In this document: in pieces, positions 49,837-59,500 of the stretch
Numbering within the stretch: position 1 is the first letter of the stretch
Layout: each line of letters begins with the position of its first letter
Assembly: GCA_965215275.1 (NCBI GenBank)
Contig: OZ244044.1
Coordinates: forward strand, 1,248,001-1,312,000
Reading direction: 5' to 3'
Length of the DNA stretch: 64,000 bases
Source of the DNA: Thermodesulfobacteriota bacterium
GTDB taxonomy: Bacteria > Desulfobacterota_D > UBA1144 > Nemesobacterales > JAJCZQ01
Notes under the pieces: generated by a model
Database searches by the model: none
Seen by the model: only the letters and a program-made list of their open reading frames with translations
Told to the model about the DNA's origin: nothing
Position numbers and translations under genes: made by a program

Positions 49837-51384
49837 ATGCTTCAGAGAGGTAGAAGTTTCTCAAAAATTGAAAGATACAGCAAAGCAGGAACAGTAAAAC
49901 CACTTGAGATCATTGCACGGATATCGGAAGTTTTTAAAGTGGAAAAAGAAACCTCCGAGGACGGAATAGAGATCTGTTTTGACACATTTGACGGGCGTTT
50001 ATACAAGAGCGGTCTGTGTTTAACAAAAAAAGACGACTCTTATACTCTGTCGGAAAGTCCATACCTTAAACCTTTGACGTCCATAACCGTCAGACCGAAA
50101 AGGAATTTTTCCTTTTGGCAGGATTTTCCCGCTGGTGAATTTCAGAACAAGCTTAAAAAGCTGATCGGTATCAGGGCTTTGATCCCTTTGGTCACCTTGG
50201 ACTTTAAAGATCAGGTTTTTGGAATATTTAATAAAGATGAGAAGACCGTGGCCAGACTTACTTTCAGGGAAGTTAAACCGGTAAGTAGTGGAAAAGCGAC
50301 CGGTTTTGTTTACCTGTCTTCCGTCAGGGGCTATGACAAGGAGTATAAAGGGGTTAAAGATGTACTGCTGAAGACTGGTGTACGATCTGACGATAAGGAC
50401 GCTTTACCGGACCCGTTGTTGGCACCGGGTGTTTCCTACACGGGTAAGTTAAATGTAAAACTAAGCCCGAATATGACCACGCAGAGAGCAGTTGTAAAGA
50501 TTTTGCGCGACCTGATCAACACTATCAGGCAAAATGAGGAAGGTATAATAAAAGACGTTGATACTGAGTTCTTACATGATCTCAGGGTTGCCGTCAGACG
50601 AACGAGGTCGCTTTTTTCGCAGGTCAAATCTGTTTTTTCACAGGAGATCACAGACAGGGCCAAACGGGAGTTCTCCACACTTGGCAAAAAGACGAACAAG
50701 TTACGCGACCTTGACGTTTATCTTTTAAAAAAGAAGGACTACATAAATATGCTGCCAAGTGATCTGCGTCCAGGGATCGAACCGGTCTTTAGGAGGATCG
50801 AGACCGAAAGGAAAGAAGAACAGAAAAAACTGGCACGCTATCTGAATTCCCCTTCATACAAAAAGATCATCGTTTTCTGGGATAATTTTCTTGAAGATCA
50901 GGACCTGGAAGGGTTTATGTCCCATAACTCTGCCGTTCCCGCTGCCGACACAGCTAAAAGGTCCATCTTAAAGAGATACAAGAAAATAACAGAACACGGC
51001 GGAACGATCAATGACCAGACCCCCGACCCGGATATTCACAGCCTCCGTATTGAATGCAAGAAGCTCAGGTATCTTCTTGAGTTCTTCTCGTCCTTGTTTG
51101 CCAAAAAAGAAATAACTCTTATGATAGACCACTTAAAGAAACTCCAGGATAATCTAGGTGATTTTAACGATCTGTACGTTCAGCAGGAAAGTCTGAGACA
51201 GTTCCTTGGCAAGGTTGAAGGTAAAAACAGCAGTAACCTGGAAACGATGGCAATAGGGGGACTTATTGTTGTACTATATAAAAAACAGCAAGAGGTGAGA
51301 GCTCAATTTAGTGAAAGGTTCAAAGAATTTGTCAGAACGGAAAATACAAAACTCTATGATAAACTGTTTTTTAGGGGAACTTAA
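49837..51384 (+). CDS. CHAD-domain protein with degenerate CYTH-like N-terminus
   Basis: EFLHDLRVAVRRTRS, LRDLDV, HSLRIECKKLRYLLE, LQDNLGDFND. Confidence 0.9.
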   Translation: MLQRGRSFSKIERYSKAGTVKPLEIIARISEVFKVEKETSEDGIEICFDTFDGRLYKSGLCLTKKDDSYTLSESPYLKPLTSITVRPKRNFSFWQDFPAGEFQNKLKKLIGIRALIPLVTLDFKDQVFGIFNKDEKTVARLTFREVKPVSSGKATGFVYLSSVRGYDKEYKGVKDVLLKTGVRSDDKDALPDPLLAPGVSYTGKLNVKLSPNMTTQRAVVKILRDLINTIRQNEEGIIKDVDTEFLHDLRVAVRRTRSLFSQVKSVFSQEITDRAKREFSTLGKKTNKLRDLDVYLLKKKDYINMLPSDLRPGIEPVFRRIETERKEEQKKLARYLNSPSYKKIIVFWDNFLEDQDLEGFMSHNSAVPAADTAKRSILKRYKKITEHGGTINDQTPDPDIHSLRIECKKLRYLLEFFSSLFAKKEITLMIDHLKKLQDNLGDFNDLYVQQESLRQFLGKVEGKNSSNLETMAIGGLIVVLYKKQQEVRAQFSERFKEFVRTENTKLYDKLFFRGT

Positions 51385-51505
51385 ATAGATACACCTGCAG
51401 GATACCTTTTTTAATTAATACCATGCACTTATCATAAAGGTCGGGAAGATCACTGTGATAATGTTCCCTAAATAAAGACCCACACGACCTCAGTGATGAA
51501 ATTAT

Positions 51506-51792
51506 TCAGTGGATGTTTACTCTTGCAGTTTCAACCACGCATTTAAATGTATCAGGGTCTCTTATAGCTATTTCAGATAATGATCTTGTCCAGGTCTACT
51601 TTGACCCGCTTTAAAGCATTAATGAACCTGCTGTGAGATAAACCAAAGTCTGATAGCCGCGTTAGCTCTTATTATCCAGAGTTTTTCTAAAATCTGTATT
51701 CAGGTATTAGTGCCTCTCCTCAATTTCTTTACTTGCCTCTTATATCTAATATCAACCTTGTGTGTGCTCTTTTGCCAAAAAACCATCCATAA
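51506..51792 (-). pseudogene. rplT: Second copy of the rplT remnant
   Basis: Same sequence and same frameshifts as 45649-45935. Confidence 0.8.
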
Positions 51793-51819
51793 GTTCACAG
51801 ATATTAAATATATTCACAC

Positions 51820-51871
51820 AAAAAAAGCAGGGTTAATTGAGTGTCATACTGACGGTCAATTAACCCTGCTT
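51820..51871 (-). terminator. Rho-independent terminator, copy 2
   Basis: Identical to 45963-46014. Confidence 0.85.
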
Positions 51872-51938
51872 ACATTTTTCTAATACACACGTCACATCAT
51901 CTCTTGCTGACCGCTCGAGAATGAAAAACTAACAGGAA

Positions 51939-53351
51939 CTACCGGTTTTCCCAGACAAAAATGTGTTCTTTCTGGTCTTCCATTACCTCAACTGTCGAAT
52001 GAAAATCAGTGTCGTCTGCTGTGCCTCCTGCATCATCCGTAAAGAACATACCGTCACTGTTAAATTCTTCCTCTGCTGCTTCTGCCTCCGCCTCTAACAA
52101 GACTCCAGCAGCCGTTTTGACCCTGCTTCTAATTCCTTCAAGTTCGACACCATCGGCAGCATTTTCGTTATTTTCATCCAGATATATCCCTGCACCTACT
52201 ATAAATCGTCTGTAGTTCTTTGGATCGTTCGTAAAATCATTAGTTGCTTCTATTTCTTCTTCACTAACATTATTAATGTTACCAGATATCCTGAAATAAC
52301 TGAGTTTAGGTGGATTATTCAAGGTATCAGGTTCCAGGTCGTAGCTTCCTCCTCCTGTGTCGTTAAGTTTTGGAGCCGTGTGTACACTCCAGACACCTTG
52401 CTCTACCTTATCAGGGCCGTTGCCTACTGGGACTCCTACTCCTATTCTATCTGGACTTCTTAGCTCTTCCAAAACACCTGTTACTGGAAATAGCTCATCT
52501 ACTGCTTCTTTTATATACGCTCTTCCAGAATCATCCGTATCTCCGTAGATATCATCCCCTTCTTGTGTACCCGGAGTAGATAAATCATCTATTGTAACTG
52601 AATCGGCTGGATGACATAAGACGTTTACTGAATGTATTACTGATACTGTAGATATTATTGTCTTATCATCATTAGGATCTAATTCACGGCTTAATTCCTC
52701 TATGTCTATCTCTGCTATAAACAGGTAAAGTTCCCCATTTTCACTGTTTATACCATTTAGGTTTTCTATAGCTGCTGGTTTAGAATGTGTATTACAAGTA
52801 TCAGCAATTTTGTTCTTAATCTCGTCAGTATGAGGAAAATGGTCAACCCCGTCTATAAGGTCTGTAGCCTCATCAACCAGTCTTTGCAGATTTCTAATTC
52901 TGTCGTCAGTATGAGGGTTATCACTAAGACAGATCCCTGCCCCTACAAAACGATAAGCATTTTCTGCCGCTCTTTCCAGGTACGAAACCTTATAGGCTCC
53001 ATCACAATCCGTAGGATCGTCATTACTATTAGCAGCATCAGTTACAGGAGTATCAAGATCAGACGTCCATCTATATGCAGCCCAGCCTGAATTGTCCGTG
53101 GATAGAGTATCCATAAATTTGCCATAGATACGTACACCTTCTTTGCCGTATTCCTCCAACTCTGTTACATCCCTTTCCTCAGTCAGAACACCTTCGCTAC
53201 CGTCAGATTGAGGATTAGGATGAAAAATCAGCCAACTGTTTCTTGGTTCTTCTACTTCTACTGTTCCACCTTGTACGACTTCGTCGTCATCATCACATGA
53301 AACGGCAGAAAACAAGGCAAGCATCAACAACAAGACGCAAATCTTCTTCAT
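51939..53351 (-). CDS. Acidic lipoprotein with Cache-like domains, copy 2
   Basis: Lipobox AVSC; paralog of 46082-47431 with an identical C-terminus. Confidence 0.75.
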   Translation of the reverse strand: MKKICVLLLMLALFSAVSCDDDDEVVQGGTVEVEEPRNSWLIFHPNPQSDGSEGVLTEERDVTELEEYGKEGVRIYGKFMDTLSTDNSGWAAYRWTSDLDTPVTDAANSNDDPTDCDGAYKVSYLERAAENAYRFVGAGICLSDNPHTDDRIRNLQRLVDEATDLIDGVDHFPHTDEIKNKIADTCNTHSKPAAIENLNGINSENGELYLFIAEIDIEELSRELDPNDDKTIISTVSVIHSVNVLCHPADSVTIDDLSTPGTQEGDDIYGDTDDSGRAYIKEAVDELFPVTGVLEELRSPDRIGVGVPVGNGPDKVEQGVWSVHTAPKLNDTGGGSYDLEPDTLNNPPKLSYFRISGNINNVSEEEIEATNDFTNDPKNYRRFIVGAGIYLDENNENAADGVELEGIRSRVKTAAGVLLEAEAEAAEEEFNSDGMFFTDDAGGTADDTDFHSTVEVMEDQKEHIFVWENR

Positions 53352-53582
53352 AATTACCCCCCCCCTCCGTAATTGTCTATAAATTCAAAATCTCAGAACA
53401 TTTACAAGGTAGTTGTATCACATGAGTTATACCTTGTCAATCATAAACAATAATGGGAAAATTCATTTCAGTTTTGATAAAGCTAACATAGTTCAAAATT
53501 TCAGTTTAAAGTTATCATCAACATAGGAAGTTGCAAAGTTTGTGTTATTAGGAAAAGTTGTTACAAAATCAAGAGGTGCATT

Positions 53583-53684
53583 ATGAAGCTAAGAGATCTA
53601 TATTCTACCGACGACAACGTAGCAGGATTTGTTGCAAGGATAGCTCTTGGAATTGTTATTCTGCCTCCGGACTTCAAAAACTGC
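53583..53684 (+). pseudogene. Truncated, frameshifted 5' fragment of doxX
   Basis: MKLRDLYSTDDNVAGFVARIALGIVILP, then homology to 47679-47781 ends. Confidence 0.85.
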
Positions 53685-53694
53685 CCTGACTAAT

Positions 53695-54432
53695 ATGAAA
53701 ACTGTCTCAATATACAGCATGAAAGGCGGCGTGGGCAAAACCGCATCCGTGGTCAATCTTTCATATCTGGCAGCAAAGGAAGGTCTGAATACCCTGATAT
53801 GCGACATGGACCCTCAGGCTTCCTCCACTTACTACTTCCGTATAAAGGCGTCCAAAGGATTTAGTCCGGGGAAATTTATTAAAGGTGGTAAAACCATTGA
53901 TAAGAACATAAAAGGTACGAATTATCCTTATCTGGACCTTTTACCTTCTAAACTGTCCTATCGCAACTTTGACCTTGTGCTGAACGACCTGAAAAATTCA
54001 AGGCTTAAGTTGAAAAAGATTTTTAGCGAACTTAAAGGTGACTATGATTATCTTTTTCTGGACTGTCCTCCCGGTATATCGCTGCTGTCGGAGAATATCT
54101 TTAATGCTTCCGATATAGTTCTCACTCCTGTTATACCAACGACCCTGTCGGTCAGGACCCATCTGAAAATGCTGAAATTCTCCAAAAATAAAGGTCTTGA
54201 CCTTAAGAGAATACATCCTTTTTTCTCAATGGTGGAAAAAAGAAAACTGCTTCATCAGCAAATTATGGACAAGATGGAAAAAAGGCTGGGGAATTTTTTA
54301 AAGACCCGAATACCTTACAGATCTGATGTAGAAAAAATGGGTATTTACAAAAGTCCCGTTTTTGAATTTGCGCATGATTCTTTTTCAGCACGGTCCTATA
54401 TTGAACTTTGGACGGAAATCAGAATGCTTTAA
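53695..54432 (+). CDS. ParA/MinD-family ATPase
   Basis: KGGVGKT deviant Walker A, DMDPQAS, LDCPP. Confidence 0.9.
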   Translation: MKTVSIYSMKGGVGKTASVVNLSYLAAKEGLNTLICDMDPQASSTYYFRIKASKGFSPGKFIKGGKTIDKNIKGTNYPYLDLLPSKLSYRNFDLVLNDLKNSRLKLKKIFSELKGDYDYLFLDCPPGISLLSENIFNASDIVLTPVIPTTLSVRTHLKMLKFSKNKGLDLKRIHPFFSMVEKRKLLHQQIMDKMEKRLGNFLKTRIPYRSDVEKMGIYKSPVFEFAHDSFSARSYIELWTEIRML

Positions 54433-54435
54433 AGT

Positions 54436-54915
54436 ATGCCGGAAGAGATCGAAAGGAAGTTTTTAGTTTATAACCCACCGTCAGATTATGATAAGTACCC
54501 TCATAAAGAGATCATACAGGGTTACATAGTAATTACTGATGAGACCGAGGTAAGAGTTCGTAAGAAAGGTGAGAGTTATTTTCAGACTGTAAAAACTGGC
54601 AGAGGGTTGATAAGAAAAGAGACGGAGGTCGAAATTACCCAGGACCAGTTTGATAAACTGTGGGAACTTACTGAAAACAGGCATATAGAAAAGAAGCGCT
54701 ATGAAATTCATCAGGAAGGTGTTTTAATAGAGCTGGATTTCTACGGTGGCAAACTGAAAGATCTTGTTGTTGCAGAAGTGGAGTTTGAATCTGCTGCAAA
54801 AAGCGGGGAATTTTCCCCACCCGAGTGGTTTGGTCGTGAGATAACCGAAGATGAGGAGTTCAAGAACAGGTATCTTGCATTAAAGGTAATTTCCGATCTG
54901 GATCTAGAAAGATGA
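54436..54915 (+). CDS. CYTH-domain (triphosphate tunnel metalloenzyme) protein
   Basis: EIERKFLV, IIQGY, VRVR, KKRY, AEVEF. Confidence 0.92.
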   Translation: MPEEIERKFLVYNPPSDYDKYPHKEIIQGYIVITDETEVRVRKKGESYFQTVKTGRGLIRKETEVEITQDQFDKLWELTENRHIEKKRYEIHQEGVLIELDFYGGKLKDLVVAEVEFESAAKSGEFSPPEWFGREITEDEEFKNRYLALKVISDLDLER

Positions 54916-56042
54916 AAGTAGGGATATTAAAGGAAATTAAAATTGAAGAAAATCGTGTCTCCATGACCCCGGGAGGCGTTGAGATAATGAGGGAAAATGG
55001 ACACACAGTACTTGTGCAGGCAGGTGCAGGAAAAAACAGCGGCTTTGAAGACCCGGTTTACAGCGAACACGGCGCAGAGATCGTTAATACGGCTGAAGAG
55101 ATCTATAAACACTGCGACATGGTTATGCACGTCAAGGAACCTCAGCCGTCTGAATATAAACTGATCAGAAAAGGCCAGATAATATTTGCCTATCTTCACC
55201 TTGCGGCGGAAAAAAGACTGACGAGGTCCCTGATGAGATCAGAAGCCGTGTGTATTGCTTATGAGACAATTCAAAGCAAGGACGGCACGTTGCCTCTTCT
55301 TACTCCGATGAGCGAGGTAGCTGGCAGAATGTCTGTACTGCAGGGTTCCAAGTACCTTGAAATGGAGCACGGCGGACATGGGGTTTTGCTTGGTGGAGTG
55401 CCCGGAGTTGACCCGGGAACCGTTTTGATATTAGGTGGTGGTACAGTAGGCACTAATGCGGCAAAAACTGCATGTGGTCTGGGTGCAAAGGTCTATGTCC
55501 TTGAGACCAATCTGGAACGCATGAGGTACCTCAGTGATATTATGCCGAGAAACTGCTTTATATTAATGTCAAAACCGACCACGGTAAGACGTCTGTTGTC
55601 TATAGCGGACGTGGTTATTGGAGCAGTTCTTATACCTGGTGCCAAAGCGCCAAATCTTATAACTCGGGAAATGCTGAATGTTATGAAGAAAGGTTCCGTG
55701 GTCGTGGACGTTGCCATAGATCAGGGAGGTTGTTTTGAAACTTCCAGGCCAACAACTCATGCCAGACCTATATATAATATCGACGGCATCGTTCACTACT
55801 GTGTGGCAAATATGCCTGGAGCCTTACCTGAAACATCCACGGTGGCACTGACCAACGCTACTTTGCCCTATGCCGTGGAAATCGCCAATAAAGGCTGGAA
55901 AAGGGCCATGTCGGAAAAAGAAGAGATAAAAATGGGAGCAAACGTTATACAAGGTAAGATAACCTATAAGAACATTGCTGATTCCCTTGGTTTTAACTAT
56001 ACCCCCGTTGAGCAAATATTGACCGGCGATCAGAGTTCATAA
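54912..56042 (+). CDS. ald: Alanine dehydrogenase
   Basis: KEIKIEENRV, VKEP, YLHLAA, MSEVAGR, VDVAIDQGGC, YCVANMPGA. Confidence 0.96.
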   Translation: MKVGILKEIKIEENRVSMTPGGVEIMRENGHTVLVQAGAGKNSGFEDPVYSEHGAEIVNTAEEIYKHCDMVMHVKEPQPSEYKLIRKGQIIFAYLHLAAEKRLTRSLMRSEAVCIAYETIQSKDGTLPLLTPMSEVAGRMSVLQGSKYLEMEHGGHGVLLGGVPGVDPGTVLILGGGTVGTNAAKTACGLGAKVYVLETNLERMRYLSDIMPRNCFILMSKPTTVRRLLSIADVVIGAVLIPGAKAPNLITREMLNVMKKGSVVVDVAIDQGGCFETSRPTTHARPIYNIDGIVHYCVANMPGALPETSTVALTNATLPYAVEIANKGWKRAMSEKEEIKMGANVIQGKITYKNIADSLGFNYTPVEQILTGDQSS

Positions 56043-56079
56043 TTAAAAGCGGGAACGATATAGTTTAGTGCCGAAACCA

Positions 56080-56253
56080 CTATTTCTTTACTTTTGTAGT
56101 ATTCCCTCTTGATTTTTTACTGTTCTGTTTTTGTTTATTTATTCCCCGAACCTTATCATAATTAGGTTGTAATAAAGTTTTTAATACTTCGTCCATTGTA
56201 GCTGGTATGTGTGAAATAAAGCTGTTTTTATAAGTTTTATCTTTTTCTGTCAT
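56080..56253 (-). CDS. 57-aa basic passenger ORF (not in the ORF track)
   Basis: MTEKDKTYKNSFISHIPATMDEVLKTLLQPNYDKVRG...KVKK, ending 4 bp from the TIR. Confidence 0.45.
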   Translation of the reverse strand: MTEKDKTYKNSFISHIPATMDEVLKTLLQPNYDKVRGINKQKQNSKKSRGNTTKVKK

Positions 56254-56292
56254 TTTGATTTTTGGGAATTATATTAAAATATATAGTTTATA

Positions 56293-56679
56293 TTAAACTC
56301 TGATATTTTTATCTAAAAACGGACTAAAATACACTCCTTTGCTTTCACCTTTCCTCATAGTAGAAATAACCAATTCTATAACATATTTTATTTCTTTAAC
56401 CATAAGATCAACATCTTTTTTATTTCCAAGCAAACTATCCCCTATAGATACACCAAGCACCGGACATCGGCCAAGAAGTTCATTATTTTCATCAATATAG
56501 GTAAACATTTTATATCCTTTATGTTTACCGTGATATTGTATATCTCTTATATCTTCTAACTCTTCAACAAAAAATTCTTTTGTAGCATCCATACCATACT
56601 TATCTTTAAACTCTTTCTTAACATCTGCTAAGGATGGATTATCAAATTCATTTATAACATCTAAATTAGTATTATTCAT
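56293..56679 (-). CDS. Hypothetical passenger protein
   Basis: 128-aa ORF with GAGG RBS, co-oriented with the RM genes. Confidence 0.6.
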   Translation of the reverse strand: MNNTNLDVINEFDNPSLADVKKEFKDKYGMDATKEFFVEELEDIRDIQYHGKHKGYKMFTYIDENNELLGRCPVLGVSIGDSLLGNKKDVDLMVKEIKYVIELVISTMRKGESKGVYFSPFLDKNIRV

Positions 56680-56702
56680 ATATGTTTCCTCTTCTTATTT
56701 GT

Positions 56703-57407
56703 TCATACCCTCATACTTTTCAGTGATTCTGCTTGAACCTTTTTAACTGGTTCACAATCTATATTCTTCCAAAACTTTATTGATTCTGTGAAATAGTCAA
56801 TTCTACCATTTTCAATTTTAGCAACTTCATTCCTGTAATAATTTACAGCATTGCTACAAAGGTTCAACATCCATTCTTTTTTTGAACTTTCTTTTGTCTT
56901 TATTCTTGCTGAATTTTTGATTTGAATTTGTCCCCAACCTAAAGACCCTATTCTTAAACAGCTCCAGTCATAAAACTCAATAGGTAAAAAACTGACATCT
57001 TTAATTTCAATTTGCGAATTATCCTTAATTTTATAATCTACTCTTAAAACTATAAAATGGTTACTTTGACTTTGCCTGTAGAAGTCGTTTAATACTTTTA
57101 TTGAGACCAGATTTGGCATATTAAAACCGCTGTCATTTACCCTGTAAGTTTTAATATCTATCGCATAGTAGTTGTTTTGTTCGTCATAGAAGGCAATATC
57201 TTCCATAGCCCTACGACTAAATTCTGATTTATAAATCTTAATAATATCGAAGAATAATTTACCAAAACTCTCTTTGATTAACTTTTCTATAAAATCTCCA
57301 ATAACTCTTGGTTCTGTATTATAAAAATTAAAACTTATCTGCTGTTGTTCAGAAAGATAAGTTTTTATTTTCTCTTCGATATATTCTCTTTTATTTATAG
57401 AATCCAT
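56703..57407 (-). CDS. Putative type II restriction endonuclease
   Basis: PD-(D/E)xK-like EDIAF...AIDIKT; overlaps the end of the methyltransferase gene. Confidence 0.65.
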   Translation of the reverse strand: MDSINKREYIEEKIKTYLSEQQQISFNFYNTEPRVIGDFIEKLIKESFGKLFFDIIKIYKSEFSRRAMEDIAFYDEQNNYYAIDIKTYRVNDSGFNMPNLVSIKVLNDFYRQSQSNHFIVLRVDYKIKDNSQIEIKDVSFLPIEFYDWSCLRIGSLGWGQIQIKNSARIKTKESSKKEWMLNLCSNAVNYYRNEVAKIENGRIDYFTESIKFWKNIDCEPVKKVQAESLKSMRV

Positions 57408-58274
57408 TCCTTTCCCAGAAAATTCCTTCTTTATATCCTTGAATGTGTTTTGTATATTCCGCTTGCTCTAATCTCTTTCTTGCTAACCTGCAATAATCGT
57501 TTTCAATCTCAATCCCGATATAGTTTCTTTCAAGTTTTTTAGCCACTACTGCAGAAGTGCCACTTCCAAGAAAGGGATCAAATACCAGGTCGCCTTCATT
57601 ACTGCTACATAAGACGAGTTTTGCTATCAGTTTTTCTGGCTTCTGGGTCGGATGTTCAGTATTTTCAGCCATAGACCAGAAAGGAATTGTTATATCAGTC
57701 CATAAATTAGAAGGAAAAGTGTCTCTATAGTTACACTCCTTAGACTCCGTCCAATCTTTTGGCTTCCCATTTTCTCTATACGGAGCTATGACTTTTTTTC
57801 TTAACTTAACCTTATGGACGTTAAAAGTATAAGTGTTTGAACAGGTAGCAAAAAATATATCTTCCGAACAATTTTTGAAATTAGTTTTAGCCCCTCTCCC
57901 TTTCTCTCTTTCAAAAGTTATTCTATTTCTTACTTTAAAGTGGTTGTTAAGAACATTAAATAATGAACCCGAACTTCTCCAATCGCCAAAAACATAAATA
58001 GAAGCGTCTGGCTTTAACTTCGGCTTAACCGCACTGATCCAGCTTTCAGTGTATTTTTCATAGGAAGCAGGGTCCATCTTTTTAAAAGATGAATTCCTGA
58101 AAGCCTTATTAAGATTGTAAGGGGGATCGGCAACAAGTAAGTCAACAGATAGATCTTTAATTGAATCTATCTGTTCAAATAAATCTCCACATATAACATT
58201 TTCATCTGGTTCTACCCCCCCCCATTACCGTTCAGAGATGATATTGTTATAGTTTTGTTCTTTTTGGATTTCAT
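57391..58274 (-). CDS. Beta-class N4C/N6A DNA methyltransferase, frameshifted at a G9 tract
   Basis: ATG at 58274 reads to GGG GGG GGG TAG; one extra G gives VEPDENVICGD...VADPPYN continuing into ORF 57391-58077 (HPTQKP, DPFLGSGTS). Confidence 0.88.
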
Positions 58275-58360
58275 TTCAACTAATCAAATCAGCGTATTAA
58301 TCTCTTATCATTTATTATTTAACAACCTTATATCAAACTGTGAATGATTAGTCAACATAT

Positions 58361-59299
58361 TTATCGTATCAATTCTTTGTATTTCAATCTCTTACCTGAT
58401 AATCCTTTAACAACAATATTCATCTGATCCATAGTAGGTAAAGGTCGGATATTATGTCTGCCAGCATATTCATCTACATAGCGTTGCAGGTGTTTCCTGC
58501 TCATGAAATGGTAGACCCCAGTATGTCCTCTTTTTAGCATAGACCAGAAACTTTCCATACCGTTGGTATGCGCCTGTTCCTTGATATATTCACCTACTCC
58601 ATGATTAACTGTCTCGTGTTTATATCCCTTCTTATTCAGTCCGCTATATCCTAAATTCTCATCTGTATAGATTGTTGATCCGTCTTGAACTGTTTCCTTG
58701 ATCATATTTTGCAGTTCATCCTTCTTAACGGTTTCTGTTACCTTTGCTTTTACTTTCTTATCTATCCTTGACTTAATACCCACTACTGCGGATTTAGTTT
58801 TAGTGCTTCTACCCTGTGTTCCCTTCACTTTTTTACTGGCATGTTTGTTTCTCTCAAGTCCGCCAACATAGGTCTCATCCATCTCTATTGGAGACAGTAA
58901 AGGATTATCTGACTGCTCGTCAAACGCCTTCCTTATTCTGTGTCCTAAATACCAGGCTGTCGTTTGAGTAACTCCTATATCTCTTGCCAGCTTATGGCTG
59001 GATACTCCCTTTAAATTTGTAGTCATCAAATATATAGCTAATAACCATTGATGCAAAGATAAATTACTACCTTCAAATACAGTGCCTGTTCTGACACTAA
59101 ATCGTTTATCACAATCTTTACACCTATAAGGCATAGTTGCATGTTTAGATTTAGAAGTTCTTACACTTCCACAACGAGGGCAACATTTATACTCATTATC
59201 CTCACCCCAGAGTATCTTCTCAATATGTTTTCTTGCTGAATCCTCGTCTGGAAACATTTTATTAAAATCATATAAACTAACTTTTTTTCTATGTGCCAT
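58361..59299 (-). CDS. IS1595-family DDE transposase
   Basis: Zn ribbon CPRCG...YRCKDC, EMDETYVGG, YTDE, HTNGMESFWSMLKR, HLQRYVDE. Confidence 0.95.
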   Translation of the reverse strand: MAHRKKVSLYDFNKMFPDEDSARKHIEKILWGEDNEYKCCPRCGSVRTSKSKHATMPYRCKDCDKRFSVRTGTVFEGSNLSLHQWLLAIYLMTTNLKGVSSHKLARDIGVTQTTAWYLGHRIRKAFDEQSDNPLLSPIEMDETYVGGLERNKHASKKVKGTQGRSTKTKSAVVGIKSRIDKKVKAKVTETVKKDELQNMIKETVQDGSTIYTDENLGYSGLNKKGYKHETVNHGVGEYIKEQAHTNGMESFWSMLKRGHTGVYHFMSRKHLQRYVDEYAGRHNIRPLPTMDQMNIVVKGLSGKRLKYKELIR

Positions 59300-59440
59300 T
59301 TACTTCTCCTTCGTTTATCTTATGGTAATATATTACCATTTTTAACTTGATAAATCAAGTCATTTTCGGCACTAAACTATATCGTTCCCTTAAAAGCAGT
59401 TACCTGCAGAAACTGATCGTTTATCTGTACACTTATAAAC

Positions 59441-59475
59441 AAAAAAAGGGAGGCAAAGACCTCCCTTCCTTTTTA
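59441..59475. terminator. Bidirectional Rho-independent terminator
   Basis: AAAAAAAGGGAGG-caaaga-CCTCCCTT between convergent units. Confidence 0.75.
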
Positions 59476-59500
59476 ATGATCTGAATTAACTAACTGATTA

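Larger units (their letters stand above)
51385..53684. repeat. Dispersed duplication, copy 2
   Basis: Homologous to 45572-47781. Confidence 0.93.
56051..59389 (-). mobile_element. IS1595-family transporter IS (3339 bp) with passenger genes
   Basis: Perfect 26-bp TIRs GGGAACGATATAGTTTAGTGCCGAAA (56051-56076, 59364-59389); exact 8-bp TSD TTAAAAGC (56043-56050, 59390-59397). Confidence 0.95.

Noticed and set aside
53647..53694. N-terminal extension of ParA
   Set aside because: Derived from the frameshifted doxX fragment; the real start is probably 53695.
56264..56274. GGGAATTATAT inside the IS1595 element as a nested TIR
   Set aside because: No partner end found; more simply the TATAAT -10 box of the small minus-strand ORF. 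It shows this 11-mer alone is weak evidence.
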